Of a stretch of DNA of 48,290 nucleotides, positions 9,108 to 17,772 are shown one piece after another. Origin of the DNA: an uncultured bacterium (GTDB lineage Bacteria; DYJV01; JALVYZ01); assembly GCA_964593895.1 (NCBI GenBank), contig CAZQKL010000002.1:1-48290 (forward strand), written 5' to 3'. The notes under the pieces were generated by a model. It was not told the DNA's origin, searched no databases, and was given only the letters and a program-made list of their open reading frames with translations. Every line of letters begins with the position of its first letter. Positions within the stretch are counted from its first letter, which is position 1. The translations under genes were made by a program, and so were the position numbers.

Positions 9108-9145
9108 ATCTAAACAATGTTTGACAAAATTAAAAGGAGGGGAGC

Positions 9146-10369
9146 ATGAAATGTAAAAAACTTTTATTAGCTTTTGCAGTAGTCTTTTTCTTTATCACAA
9201 ATCTTTTTGCAGGCAAAACAGTAAAAATTGGTTTTATTTACATTATGTCAGGTCCTTTTTCAGTTTATGGTAAATTTGCAAAACAGGGAGCAGAACTTGC
9301 AATTGAAGAAATTAATAAAAATGGCGGAATTATGGGTAGAAAAATTGTTGCTTATTTTGAGGACTCAGGTGCAAAACCAGCTGTTGCATTAAGAGCAATA
9401 AGAAAGCTTGTTTTACAGAAAAAAGTTGATGTTTTAATTGGATTTGATTCAAGTGGTGTTGCAAAAAGTGTTGTTGGAACAATTAAACAATTAAGAATTC
9501 CAACAATTGTAACTCATGCTGCAACCCCTGATATAACTGGAAAACAGTGCAACAGATATGTTTTTAGAATTTCTGTAAATCTTGCTCAAAATGTTAAAGC
9601 TGCAGCAATTTTAGCAAGCAAAATGAATGCAAAAAAATGGACAACAATTGGTCCTGCTTATGCATTTGGATTTCAATCTTGGGAATATTTTCAAAAATAT
9701 TTAAAACAGTTAAAACCAGATGTTGAATTTTTCCCAAAAGATAAAGTTGCATTTCCTCCATTTAAAACAACAGATTTCTCACCATATATTACAAAAATTA
9801 TGGAAGAAAAACCTGATGGAGTGTTTATCTCTTTATGGGGTGGAAATTTAGTTAACTTTATTAAACAGGGACTTGATATGGGATTTTTCAATGGAAATTA
9901 TAAAATATTAATGAGTCTTGGTGGAGCAGTAGAAGTTTTAGAGGCAATTGGGAAAATGAAAAAGAAATTACCTGAAACAATATGGGTTGGCACAAGATAC
10001 TGGTTTTTAGCTAATAAATCAAAAAGAAATCAAGAATTTGTAAAAGCATTTTACAAAAAATATCATTCTTATCCATCCTATAATGCTCATGGTGCATATT
10101 CAGCAGTTTATGTTTATAAAAAAGCAGTTGAAATTGCAAAATCTTTTGATAAAGAGAAAGTTGTAAATGCACTTGAAGGGTTAACTATAGAACTTCCTGT
10201 TGGTAAAATTTATATAAGACCAGAGGACCATCAGGCTGTTACAGATGCATGCTGGGGAAGATTGCATTATACTGATAAGTATCCTTTCCCAATTTTACAG
10301 CCATTTAAAATTTTTAAAGGAAAAGATGTGACAAGACCAGTTGAGCAAACTGAATGCAAAATGAAATAA
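9146..10369 (+). CDS. ABC transporter substrate-binding protein, Leu/Ile/Val-binding (type 1 periplasmic binding) family
   Basis: Signal peptide followed by GKTVKIGFIYIMSGPFSVYGKFAKQGAELAIEEINKNGGI, typical of LivK/LivJ-like binding proteins. Heads the livHMGF-type genes. Confidence 0.85.
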   Translation: MKCKKLLLAFAVVFFFITNLFAGKTVKIGFIYIMSGPFSVYGKFAKQGAELAIEEINKNGGIMGRKIVAYFEDSGAKPAVALRAIRKLVLQKKVDVLIGFDSSGVAKSVVGTIKQLRIPTIVTHAATPDITGKQCNRYVFRISVNLAQNVKAAAILASKMNAKKWTTIGPAYAFGFQSWEYFQKYLKQLKPDVEFFPKDKVAFPPFKTTDFSPYITKIMEEKPDGVFISLWGGNLVNFIKQGLDMGFFNGNYKILMSLGGAVEVLEAIGKMKKKLPETIWVGTRYWFLANKSKRNQEFVKAFYKKYHSYPSYNAHGAYSAVYVYKKAVEIAKSFDKEKVVNALEGLTIELPVGKIYIRPEDHQAVTDACWGRLHYTDKYPFPILQPFKIFKGKDVTRPVEQTECKMK

Positions 10370-10372
10370 GAA

Positions 10373-11236
10373 ATGGAAGGTTTTGTTCTTAATATATTAA
10401 ATGGATTAAGCTGGGGAATGTTACTATTCCTCATTTCTGTGGGACTTACAACAATTTTTGGAGTCATGGGTATTTTAAACTTTGCCCATGGCTCCTTTTA
10501 CATGCTTGGAGCTTATTTATGCTTTGAAATTTTTAGAAAAACTAATTCATACTGGATTGGCTTTTTTGTTTCACCAATTTGTGTTGGAATAATTGGCTTT
10601 ATAATTGAAAAAACTCTTTTAAATAAAATCTATTCAAGAGATATAATCTTTCAATTATTGCTTACTTTTGCAATTCTTTTAATTCTTGATGATAGTGTAA
10701 GGTTTATTTGGGGACCAGGATACCATGTGATAAATCCACCAGAAATATTATCAGGCTCGGTTAAAATTTTTTCTCATGAATATCCAGTTTATAGAATTTT
10801 TCTAATTATTTTAGGACCAATTGTTGCTTTTATTCTGTGGAGCTTTTTTCATCTAACAAAATTTGGAAAAATAATTAGGGCGGTAGCACAAGACAGAGAA
10901 ATGGCTGAAGGAATTGGATTAAATGCACCATTAATATTTTCACTTGTTTTTGCATTTGGTTGCTGGCTTGCAGGAATTGGAGGAGCTTTGGCAACTCCTA
11001 TTGAAAGCATTACACCTTCAATGGGTGAAAAAATAATTATTGAAAGCTTCATTGTAGTTGTAATTGGTGGCATGGGAAGTTTTCCAGGAGCTTTTATAGG
11101 AGCACTTCTATTAGGTCTTGTTGAATCTTTTGGCACAAATTTAATAGGTGAAATTCAAATGGCAATTCCATATTTATTACTGGCAATTGTTTTATTGGTT
11201 AAACCAACAGGAATATTTGGGAAGAAATTAACATGA
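10373..11236 (+). CDS. livH: Branched-chain amino acid-type ABC transporter permease (LivH family)
   Basis: 287 aa polytopic membrane protein with a LivH-like N-terminus (LNGLSWGMLLFLISVGLTTIFGVMGILNFAHG). Confidence 0.85.
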   Translation: MEGFVLNILNGLSWGMLLFLISVGLTTIFGVMGILNFAHGSFYMLGAYLCFEIFRKTNSYWIGFFVSPICVGIIGFIIEKTLLNKIYSRDIIFQLLLTFAILLILDDSVRFIWGPGYHVINPPEILSGSVKIFSHEYPVYRIFLIILGPIVAFILWSFFHLTKFGKIIRAVAQDREMAEGIGLNAPLIFSLVFAFGCWLAGIGGALATPIESITPSMGEKIIIESFIVVVIGGMGSFPGAFIGALLLGLVESFGTNLIGEIQMAIPYLLLAIVLLVKPTGIFGKKLT

Positions 11237-12165
11237 AAAAGTTGATGTTTTTACTTATTATTTTTTTTATATTTTTACCATTTATCTTTTCTGAATATTG
11301 GATTTTTATTGGAATTGAAATTCTTATTATGGGCTTTTTTGCAATGAGTTTTAATCTTTTAATGGGTTATTCAGGATTACTTTCATTTGGGCATGCTGGT
11401 TTTTTTGGAGTAGGTGCATATATAACAGCACTATTAATTCAACATGGAATTAATTCAATACCTTTAATTTTAATATTTACAATTATTGGAACATTTATAT
11501 GCTCTTTAATTATTGGTTATCTTTCTGTGAAGCAGGATGAAATTTATTTTGCAATGATTACTCTTGGATTTGGGATGATGTTATACACAATAGCTCATAA
11601 CTGGACAGAGGTTACAGGAGGTTCTGATGGATTACCACTTGTAAATATTCCTTCTATTTTAAATTTTTCATTAATTGACCCTAAAAATTTGTATTATTTT
11701 ACATTAATAATAGTTTCTGCTGGCATATTTTTATTGCATAAAATTGTTAATTCACCATTTGGACTAATTTTAAAAGGAATGAGAGAAAATAAAAACAGGC
11801 TTAATTTTTCTGGTGGAAATATAACATTAATTAGATTATTTGCTTTCACCCTCTCAGGAACATTATCTGGAGTAAGTGGTTTTTTATTCTGTCTATTTAG
11901 CAGTATGGCTACTCCTGAATTTTTACACTGGAGTTTTTCAGCTAAACCTGTTATAATGTCAATAATTGGAGGAGCATGGATTTTTTTTGGCCCTCTTGTT
12001 GGTTCTGCAATATTTTTTGCTCTTGAACAATTAATAAAAATGTATACAGAAAACTGGATGATATTTTTAGGTGCAATTCTGGTTCCAATTACAATTCTTT
12101 TTCCAAAAGGAGTTCTTGGAACAATTTACGATTATGCAAAGCGAAAATTCTATATTAGAAGTTAA
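11233..12165 (+). CDS. livM: Branched-chain amino acid-type ABC transporter permease (LivM family)
   Basis: 310 aa polytopic membrane protein with LGYSGLLSFGHAGFFGVGAY, the LivM signature. 4-nt overlap with livH. Confidence 0.85.
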   Translation: MKKLMFLLIIFFIFLPFIFSEYWIFIGIEILIMGFFAMSFNLLMGYSGLLSFGHAGFFGVGAYITALLIQHGINSIPLILIFTIIGTFICSLIIGYLSVKQDEIYFAMITLGFGMMLYTIAHNWTEVTGGSDGLPLVNIPSILNFSLIDPKNLYYFTLIIVSAGIFLLHKIVNSPFGLILKGMRENKNRLNFSGGNITLIRLFAFTLSGTLSGVSGFLFCLFSSMATPEFLHWSFSAKPVIMSIIGGAWIFFGPLVGSAIFFALEQLIKMYTENWMIFLGAILVPITILFPKGVLGTIYDYAKRKFYIRS

Positions 12166-12895
12166 AGATATTCATTTTTCTTATGGCAAATTTAAAGTAT
12201 TAAATGGAATAACTTTAAAAGTTAAAAAAGGTGGAATAACAGCATTAATTGGACCAAATGGTGCAGGAAAAACAACTTTTTACAACGTTATATCAGGCAA
12301 ATTCTCTCCCACAAAAGGAAAAATTTTTTTTAATGGCAAAGATATTACCGGGCTTCCTGCACATAAAATTGTAAAATTAAAACTTGTAAGGTCATTTCAA
12401 ATCACCAATGTTTTTCCTGAACTTACAGTTTTAGAAAATATATTAATTCCTTTAATTTTAGAAAAAGGATATACTTTTGCAATTTTTAAAAACATAAAAA
12501 AATTTAAAGATTTATACTTTCAAGCTAATGAAATTTTAGAAAAATTAAAAATAGCTGATTTAAAAAATAAAAAAGTTAAAGAACTTGCATATGGAGACAA
12601 AAGGCTTGTTGAAATTGGAATCACATTTGCAAGCTCTCCTGAAATGATATTACTTGATGAACCAACTGCTGGAATGAATCCTGAAGAAACTGAAAGAATA
12701 GTTAATCTCATTAAGGAATTATCTGAAAATTCAAATGTTACATTTTTCATAACAGAGCATGATATGAATGTGGTATTTGCAGTTTCTGAATATATTTTTG
12801 TTCTTCATCAGGGAAGATTACTTGCCCAAGGCACACCAAATGAAATAAAAAATAATTCAAAAGTAAAAGAAGCCTATCTTGGGGGCTCTGTTTAA
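12134..12895 (+). CDS. livG: ABC transporter ATP-binding protein (LivG family)
   Basis: Walker A GPNGAGKTT, signature and Walker B (LLDEPTAGMNP). Start moved to ATG 12134 (MQSENSILEV...); the longer track ORF from 12071 is just the alternative frame of the livM 3' end. Confidence 0.85.
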   Translation: MQSENSILEVKDIHFSYGKFKVLNGITLKVKKGGITALIGPNGAGKTTFYNVISGKFSPTKGKIFFNGKDITGLPAHKIVKLKLVRSFQITNVFPELTVLENILIPLILEKGYTFAIFKNIKKFKDLYFQANEILEKLKIADLKNKKVKELAYGDKRLVEIGITFASSPEMILLDEPTAGMNPEETERIVNLIKELSENSNVTFFITEHDMNVVFAVSEYIFVLHQGRLLAQGTPNEIKNNSKVKEAYLGGSV

Positions 12896-13593
12896 TGTTA
12901 AAAGTAAATGATATTCATGTATATATTCAGGATAGCTATATTATTCAAGGAGTGAGTCTTGAAGTTAAAAAAAATGAAATAGTGTGCTTACTTGGTAGAA
13001 ATGGTGCAGGTAAAACTACAACTATAAAAAGTATTATGGGATATTACCATCCTAAAAGAGGTGAAATTTTCTTTGAAGGTAAAAATATAACTAAAAATAG
13101 AGTATTTGAAAATGTTAGACTTGGAATTGGCTATGTTCCAGAAGATAGAAGACTTTTTCCAGACCTTACAGTTAAAGAAAACTTTGAAGTTGCTTTTTTA
13201 CCACCTAAAGAAGGTATTGAACCATGGACTATTGAAAGAATTTTTAACGAAATTCCAATTGTTGAAAAACTAAAAGATAAAAAAGCAGGTGAATTAAGTG
13301 GTGGAGAACAGCAAATAGTTGCAATTGCAAGAGCTTTATGCTGTAATCCAAAACTACTTCTTCTTGATGAACCTTGTGAAGGTCTTGCACCAGTTATTGT
13401 TGAACATCTTGGAGAAATTATTCTAAAATTAAAAAAGCATATTACAATTCTTCTTGCAGAGCAGAATGCTCATTTTGCTATGAAAATTTCAGATAGGGGA
13501 TATGTAATTGATAAAGGGAAAATAAAATTTAGTGGTAGTATTAATGAATTAAAGGAAAATAAAGAAATTCAAGAAAGATATCTGGCGGTTTAA
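12895..13593 (+). CDS. livF: ABC transporter ATP-binding protein (LivF family)
   Basis: Walker A GRNGAGKTT, LSGGEQQ signature, Walker B LLLDEP. Overlaps the livG stop by 1 nt. Confidence 0.85.
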   Translation: MLKVNDIHVYIQDSYIIQGVSLEVKKNEIVCLLGRNGAGKTTTIKSIMGYYHPKRGEIFFEGKNITKNRVFENVRLGIGYVPEDRRLFPDLTVKENFEVAFLPPKEGIEPWTIERIFNEIPIVEKLKDKKAGELSGGEQQIVAIARALCCNPKLLLLDEPCEGLAPVIVEHLGEIILKLKKHITILLAEQNAHFAMKISDRGYVIDKGKIKFSGSINELKENKEIQERYLAV

Positions 13594-13594
13594 A

Positions 13595-14236
13595 ATGAAA
13601 AAATATTTTATTGCTGGAACTGATACAGAAGTTGGAAAAACTTATGTAACTTGTTTAATTTGTAATTATTTGAAAAAAAAAGGATTTAAAGTAGGAACTT
13701 TAAAGCCAATTGAATCTGGAGTAGAAAATAACCCTACACCAGATTTCAAAAAAATTGCTTTAGCAAGTGGTGATATAGAAAAACCTATCTATATTTTAAA
13801 AAAGCCATTAGCTCCTTATATTTCAGCTAAATTGGATAATATTGAAATTTCAATTGAAAGAATAATAAAATTTTATGAAAATGATATAAAAAATACTTAT
13901 GATTACTATTTTATTGAAGGTGCTGGAGGACTTTTTGTCCCAATTACTAAAAATTATCTATATATTGACCTTATAAAAATGTTTAACTGTGAGGTTATTT
14001 TAGTCGCAAGAACTAATCTCGGAACTGTTAATCATACTTTGCTATCAATAGAAGCTCTGGAAAAAAGAAAAATCCCTATAAAAGGAATTATTTTGAATGA
14101 AATTTTTGAAACAGATGAATTTATGTTAAAAAATAACATAGAAATGATTGAACATTTTTCAAAACATAAAGTTCTAACAGTTATAAGAAAAAATCAAGAT
14201 AAATTGACTAATAATTTAAAAAATGGTATTATTTAA
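13595..14236 (+). CDS. bioD: Dethiobiotin synthase-family ATP-dependent ligase
   Basis: N-terminal FIAGTDTEVGKTYV P-loop and EGAGG motif typical of BioD. 213 aa. Confidence 0.75.
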   Translation: MKKYFIAGTDTEVGKTYVTCLICNYLKKKGFKVGTLKPIESGVENNPTPDFKKIALASGDIEKPIYILKKPLAPYISAKLDNIEISIERIIKFYENDIKNTYDYYFIEGAGGLFVPITKNYLYIDLIKMFNCEVILVARTNLGTVNHTLLSIEALEKRKIPIKGIILNEIFETDEFMLKNNIEMIEHFSKHKVLTVIRKNQDKLTNNLKNGII

Positions 14237-14245
14237 AATGAAAAT

Positions 14246-14319
14246 GCGGCTGTAGCTCAGCTGGATAGAGCGTCGGACTTCGAATCCGAAAGCCGCAGGT
14301 TCAAATCCTGCCAGCCGCG
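14246..14319 (+). tRNA. tRNA-Arg (anticodon TCG)
   Basis: Hand-folded cloverleaf: GCGGCTG-TA-GCTC-AGCTGGATA-GAGC-G-TCGGA-CTTCGAA-TCCGA-AAGCC-GCAGG-TTCAAAT-CCTGC-CAGCCGC-G. Confidence 0.92.
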
Positions 14320-14326
14320 AATTTTT

Positions 14327-14411
14327 GCGTGAGTGGCGGAATTGGCAGACGCACAGGACTTAGGATCCTGTGGGAGTTAATCCCGTGGGGGTTCAAGTCC
14401 CCCCTCACGCA
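14327..14411 (+). tRNA. tRNA-Leu (anticodon TAG), long variable arm
   Basis: Acceptor GCGTGAG/CTCACGC, anticodon arm CAGGA-CTTAGGA-TCCTG, long variable arm, T-arm GGGGG-TTCAAGT-CCCCC, discriminator A. 85 nt. Confidence 0.92.
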
Positions 14412-14432
14412 TCTTATAGAATAAATCATAAA

Positions 14433-15566
14433 ATGATTATGAGAAAAATTATTTTCCGCGATTTTCCACTTGTAAACAGAGAGGAAGAAGAGAGATACCT
14501 ACTTGAGAGATTAAAAAACGGCGCAAGTCAAATTTTATTTATCTATGGTCCAAAATCAAGTGGGAAAACAACTTTAATTGAATACATTGTTGAAGAAAAT
14601 CTTCAAAAGGATAAAAAATTTTATGTGAATTATGTAAACTTCAGAGGTTATGCAATACATAATTATGATTCTTTTTTAAATATCTATTTTAAACCTGTAA
14701 CAGAAGAAAATAAATCATTTCTTGCAAAAATGTTAGAAAAGTTTAATGTTGTATTATCAGGAATGAAAGGAGAAATTAGCATACCTGAAAAAGGGATAAA
14801 TTTTATGATAAGTTATAATTTATTTAAGGGACTTGAAGATAAAAAAGTAGACCCATTTGATTTATTTTTTGATGTTTTGAGGAATTTGAAAGAAAAAGGG
14901 AAACAACCTGTTTTAATAATAGACGAAGTTCAGGAGTTGAGAGATATTTATATGAATGAGAATAGAGAGAAAAGATATTTGCTCACAGAGTTTTTCAAAT
15001 TTTTAATAAGATTAACAAAAGAAACGCATCTTGCCCATGTATTTATAGTTACAAGCTCATCAATATTTATAGATGAAATATACAATAATTCAAAGTTAGC
15101 TAAAACAAGTGAATTTTTTCTTATAGACCACTTTGATTATGAAACTACAAGAGAATGGTTAGAAGAAGAAGGATTTAGCAATAAAGAAATAGATTTAATC
15201 TGGGAATATTTAGGAGGGTGTCCATTTGATTTAATAACACTTTTATCAAATAGAAAAATTTTCAAAGAAAGGTTTAATTTAGAAGAATATTTAAAAAAAC
15301 AAGCAATGGAGATGAGAGGAAAGATAAGTTTTACAGTATCAGAGGAATTTGGAACAATAGAAGAAAAGAGGTATTTTAAAAAATTAGTTAAAGAAATCAT
15401 AAAAAATGGCTATGTATTTAAAGAAGATGAGAATGAATTACAGAAAAAGGTTTTAAGAAAAGCCATAGAAAAAGACCTCCTTTTTTTAAAAGCAGAAGAA
15501 GGTAAAATAATCTTCAATTCACAAATAATGAAAAAAGGAGCAGAAATTTATCTTGGATTAATTTGA
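14433..15566 (+). CDS. P-loop ATPase of the archaeal-type ATPase family (Arch_ATPase/ATPase_2-like) with a C-terminal helical domain
   Basis: Walker A YGPKSSGKTT preceded by the family-typical NREEEERYLLERL segment, and Walker B VLIIDEVQEL. The track ORF start (14370) lies inside tRNA-Leu, so the start was moved to ATG 14433 (or 14439). Confidence 0.65.
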   Translation: MIMRKIIFRDFPLVNREEEERYLLERLKNGASQILFIYGPKSSGKTTLIEYIVEENLQKDKKFYVNYVNFRGYAIHNYDSFLNIYFKPVTEENKSFLAKMLEKFNVVLSGMKGEISIPEKGINFMISYNLFKGLEDKKVDPFDLFFDVLRNLKEKGKQPVLIIDEVQELRDIYMNENREKRYLLTEFFKFLIRLTKETHLAHVFIVTSSSIFIDEIYNNSKLAKTSEFFLIDHFDYETTREWLEEEGFSNKEIDLIWEYLGGCPFDLITLLSNRKIFKERFNLEEYLKKQAMEMRGKISFTVSEEFGTIEEKRYFKKLVKEIIKNGYVFKEDENELQKKVLRKAIEKDLLFLKAEEGKIIFNSQIMKKGAEIYLGLI

Positions 15567-15584
15567 AAAAATAACCTGCCTTCA

Positions 15585-15612
15585 TTGACTTTTTAAGAAA
15601 AATTAGTATAAT
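15585..15612 (+). promoter_or_regulatory. Sigma-70-type promoter for htpX
   Basis: TTGACT (15585-15590), 16 nt, TATAAT (15607-15612). A leader of roughly 25 nt follows, carrying GGAGGG before ATG 15645. Confidence 0.6.
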
Positions 15613-15644
15613 TAAAATGAGAAAATTTAAAATTGGAGGGATGT

Positions 15645-16499
15645 ATGAATCAAATTAAAACATTTCTTTTGATGGCGGTTTTGACAGTAATTTTTGTTAT
15701 GCTTGGCAAACTTTTTGGTGGTAAAAGTGGAATGATAATAGCATTTTTAATTGCTCTTGGGATGAATATGTTTTCATACTGGTTCAGTGATAAAATTGTG
15801 TTAAAAATGTATGGAGCAAAAGAAGTTAGCGAAAATGAAGCTCCAACTTTACATAAAATGGTATCACTTTTATCAGAAAGGGCAAATATTCCAAAGCCAA
15901 AAGTTTACATAATTGATACTCAGATGCCAAATGCATTTGCAACTGGAAGAAATCCTTCTCATTCAGCAGTTGCAGTAACTACAGGTATTATGAATCTTCT
16001 CTCAGAAGATGAGCTTTTCGGAGTTTTAGCTCATGAAATTTCTCATATTAAACATAGAGACATTTTGGTCTCTACAATTGCAGCAACAATGGCTGGTGCT
16101 ATTGCAATGATTGCAGATTGGATGAAATGGGGAGCAATATTTGGGGTTGGTAGTGATGATGAAGACAGTGGTGCAAATTTCATTTTTGTGTTAATTTTTA
16201 GTATAATTGCTTCAATTGCAGCATTTTTAATTCAAATGGCAATTTCAAGAGCAAGAGAATATATGGCAGATGAAAGTGGAGCAAAATTATGTGGAAATCC
16301 TTTATATCTTGCAAATGCTCTTAAAAAACTTGCATACGGAGTTCAAGTAAATCCACCTGAAAAAATAAATCCAGCAACAGCTCACATGTTTATTGTTAAT
16401 CCATTATCAGGAGGTGAAGCAATACTAAATCTATTCAGCACCCATCCTCCAATTGAAGAAAGGATAAGAAGACTGGAGGCAATGGCTTTTGGAACATAA
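15645..16499 (+). CDS. htpX: Membrane zinc metalloprotease HtpX (M48 family)
   Basis: [10 protein letters not shown] (HExxH), four TM segments, HtpX-like C-terminus ([13 protein letters not shown]). ATG 15645 preferred over the upstream TTG 15633 because GGAGGG lies between them. Confidence 0.92.
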   Translation: MNQIKTFLLMAVLTVIFVMLGKLFGGKSGMIIAFLIALGMNMFSYWFSDKIVLKMYGAKEVSENEAPTLHKMVSLLSERANIPKPKVYIIDTQMPNAFATGRNPSHSAVAVTTGIMNLLSEDELFGVLAHEISHIKHRDILVSTIAATMAGAIAMIADWMKWGAIFGVGSDDEDSGANFIFVLIFSIIASIAAFLIQMAISRAREYMADESGAKLCGNPLYLANALKKLAYGVQVNPPEKINPATAHMFIVNPLSGGEAILNLFSTHPPIEERIRRLEAMAFGT

Positions 16500-17772
16500 A
16501 ATTGCAATAATTGGTCTTGGTTATGTTGGACTTCCCCTTGCTGTAGCATTTGGGGAAAAATTTAAAACAATTGGATTTGATATAAATAGTGAAAGAATTA
16601 ATCAGTTGAAAAATAATTATGACAGGACAAATGAAGTAAGTGAAGATGAGATAAAAAAAGCAAAATTTTTAAAGTTTACAGATAAAGTTGATGATATAAA
16701 TGAAGCAAATATCTATATAATCACAGTTCCCACCCCTATTGATGAACATAAAAGACCTGATTTAAGAGCAATTATTTCTGCAACTGAAACTGTTGGTAAG
16801 ATTTTGAAAAAAGGTGATATTGTTGTTTATGAATCCACTGTATTTCCAGGTTGCACAGAAGAAATTTGCGTGCCAATTCTTGAAAAGGAAAGTAAATTAA
16901 AGTTTAATAAAGACTTTTTTTGCGGATATTCACCAGAAAGAATAAATCCAGGAGATAAAAAGCATAGATTAAAGGATATTATAAAAGTTGTAAGTGGTTC
17001 TACAAAAGAAGTTACTGAAACTCTTGCAAATTTATACGGAAAAATAATTGATGCAGGTGTTTATAAAGCTAAAAGTATTAAAGTTGCTGAAGCTGCAAAA
17101 GTTATTGAAAATACTCAAAGAGACCTTAACATAGCTCTTGTAAATGAGCTTAGTTTAATTTTTGATAAAATGAACATAAATACAAAAGAAGTTTTAGAAA
17201 CAGCAGGGACCAAATGGAATTTCTTAAAATTTGAACCTGGTCTTGTTGGAGGTCACTGTATTGGAGTTGACCCATATTATCTTACTTTTAAAGCTCAAAG
17301 TGTAGGATACCATCCAGAGGTAATCCTTGCTGGTAGAAGAATAAATGATAATATGGGGATTTTTATTGCAGAAAAAACTGTAAAGCTTTTAATAAAATCT
17401 TCTAAAAAAATAAATGGAGCAAGTGTTTTGCTTGCAGGGTTCACTTTTAAAGAAAACTGCCCTGATGTGAGAAATACAAGAGTTATTGATATTTACAATG
17501 AGCTTTTAGATTATTGCATAAATGTAGATATTTATGACCCAATTGCTGATAAAAATGATGCTTTTAAAAGTTACAAGGTAAAAATTTTAGATAAAATTCC
17601 AGAGAAAAAATATGATGCAATTATCATTGCGGTAAAACATGAAATTTTCAAAAAAGAATTTAATGCTGAAAATGTTAAAAGATTTATAAATGGAAAAACT
17701 GTAATTATTGATGTAAAATCAATTCTTTACAAAGAAAAATTTCCACCAACAATTATTTACTGGAATCTTTAA
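16489..17772 (+). CDS. Nucleotide-sugar 6-dehydrogenase (UDP-glucose/GDP-mannose dehydrogenase family; TviB/WbpO/CapL-like)
   Basis: Rossmann motif [14 protein letters not shown] at the N-terminus and a catalytic Cys motif [11 protein letters not shown]. 427 aa. TTG start overlaps the htpX stop. Confidence 0.85.
   Translation: MEHKIAIIGLGYVGLPLAVAFGEKFKTIGFDINSERINQLKNNYDRTNEVSEDEIKKAKFLKFTDKVDDINEANIYIITVPTPIDEHKRPDLRAIISATETVGKILKKGDIVVYESTVFPGCTEEICVPILEKESKLKFNKDFFCGYSPERINPGDKKHRLKDIIKVVSGSTKEVTETLANLYGKIIDAGVYKAKSIKVAEAAKVIENTQRDLNIALVNELSLIFDKMNINTKEVLETAGTKWNFLKFEPGLVGGHCIGVDPYYLTFKAQSVGYHPEVILAGRRINDNMGIFIAEKTVKLLIKSSKKINGASVLLAGFTFKENCPDVRNTRVIDIYNELLDYCINVDIYDPIADKNDAFKSYKVKILDKIPEKKYDAIIIAVKHEIFKKEFNAENVKRFINGKTVIIDVKSILYKEKFPPTIIYWNL

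Noticed and set aside
12071-12133. N-terminal extension of livG (MQFWFQLQFFFQKEFLEQFTI).
   Set aside because: It lies entirely within the livM coding region in another frame, and it has an implausible composition. The conserved ABC N-terminus begins at ATG 12134.
14370-14432. The upstream part of the track ORF 14370..15566 (MGVNPVGVQVPPHAS...).
   Set aside because: These codons are the tRNA-Leu sequence read as protein. The real CDS most likely starts at ATG 14433 or 14439.
14246-15644. Genomic island integrated at tRNA-Leu.
   Set aside because: There is no integrase, recombinase or mobility gene in the track. By eye I found no direct repeat of the tRNA-Leu 3' end in the spacer after the ATPase (15567-15644). 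Only one gene lies between the tRNA and htpX. It is retained only as a low-confidence relic hypothesis in the findings.
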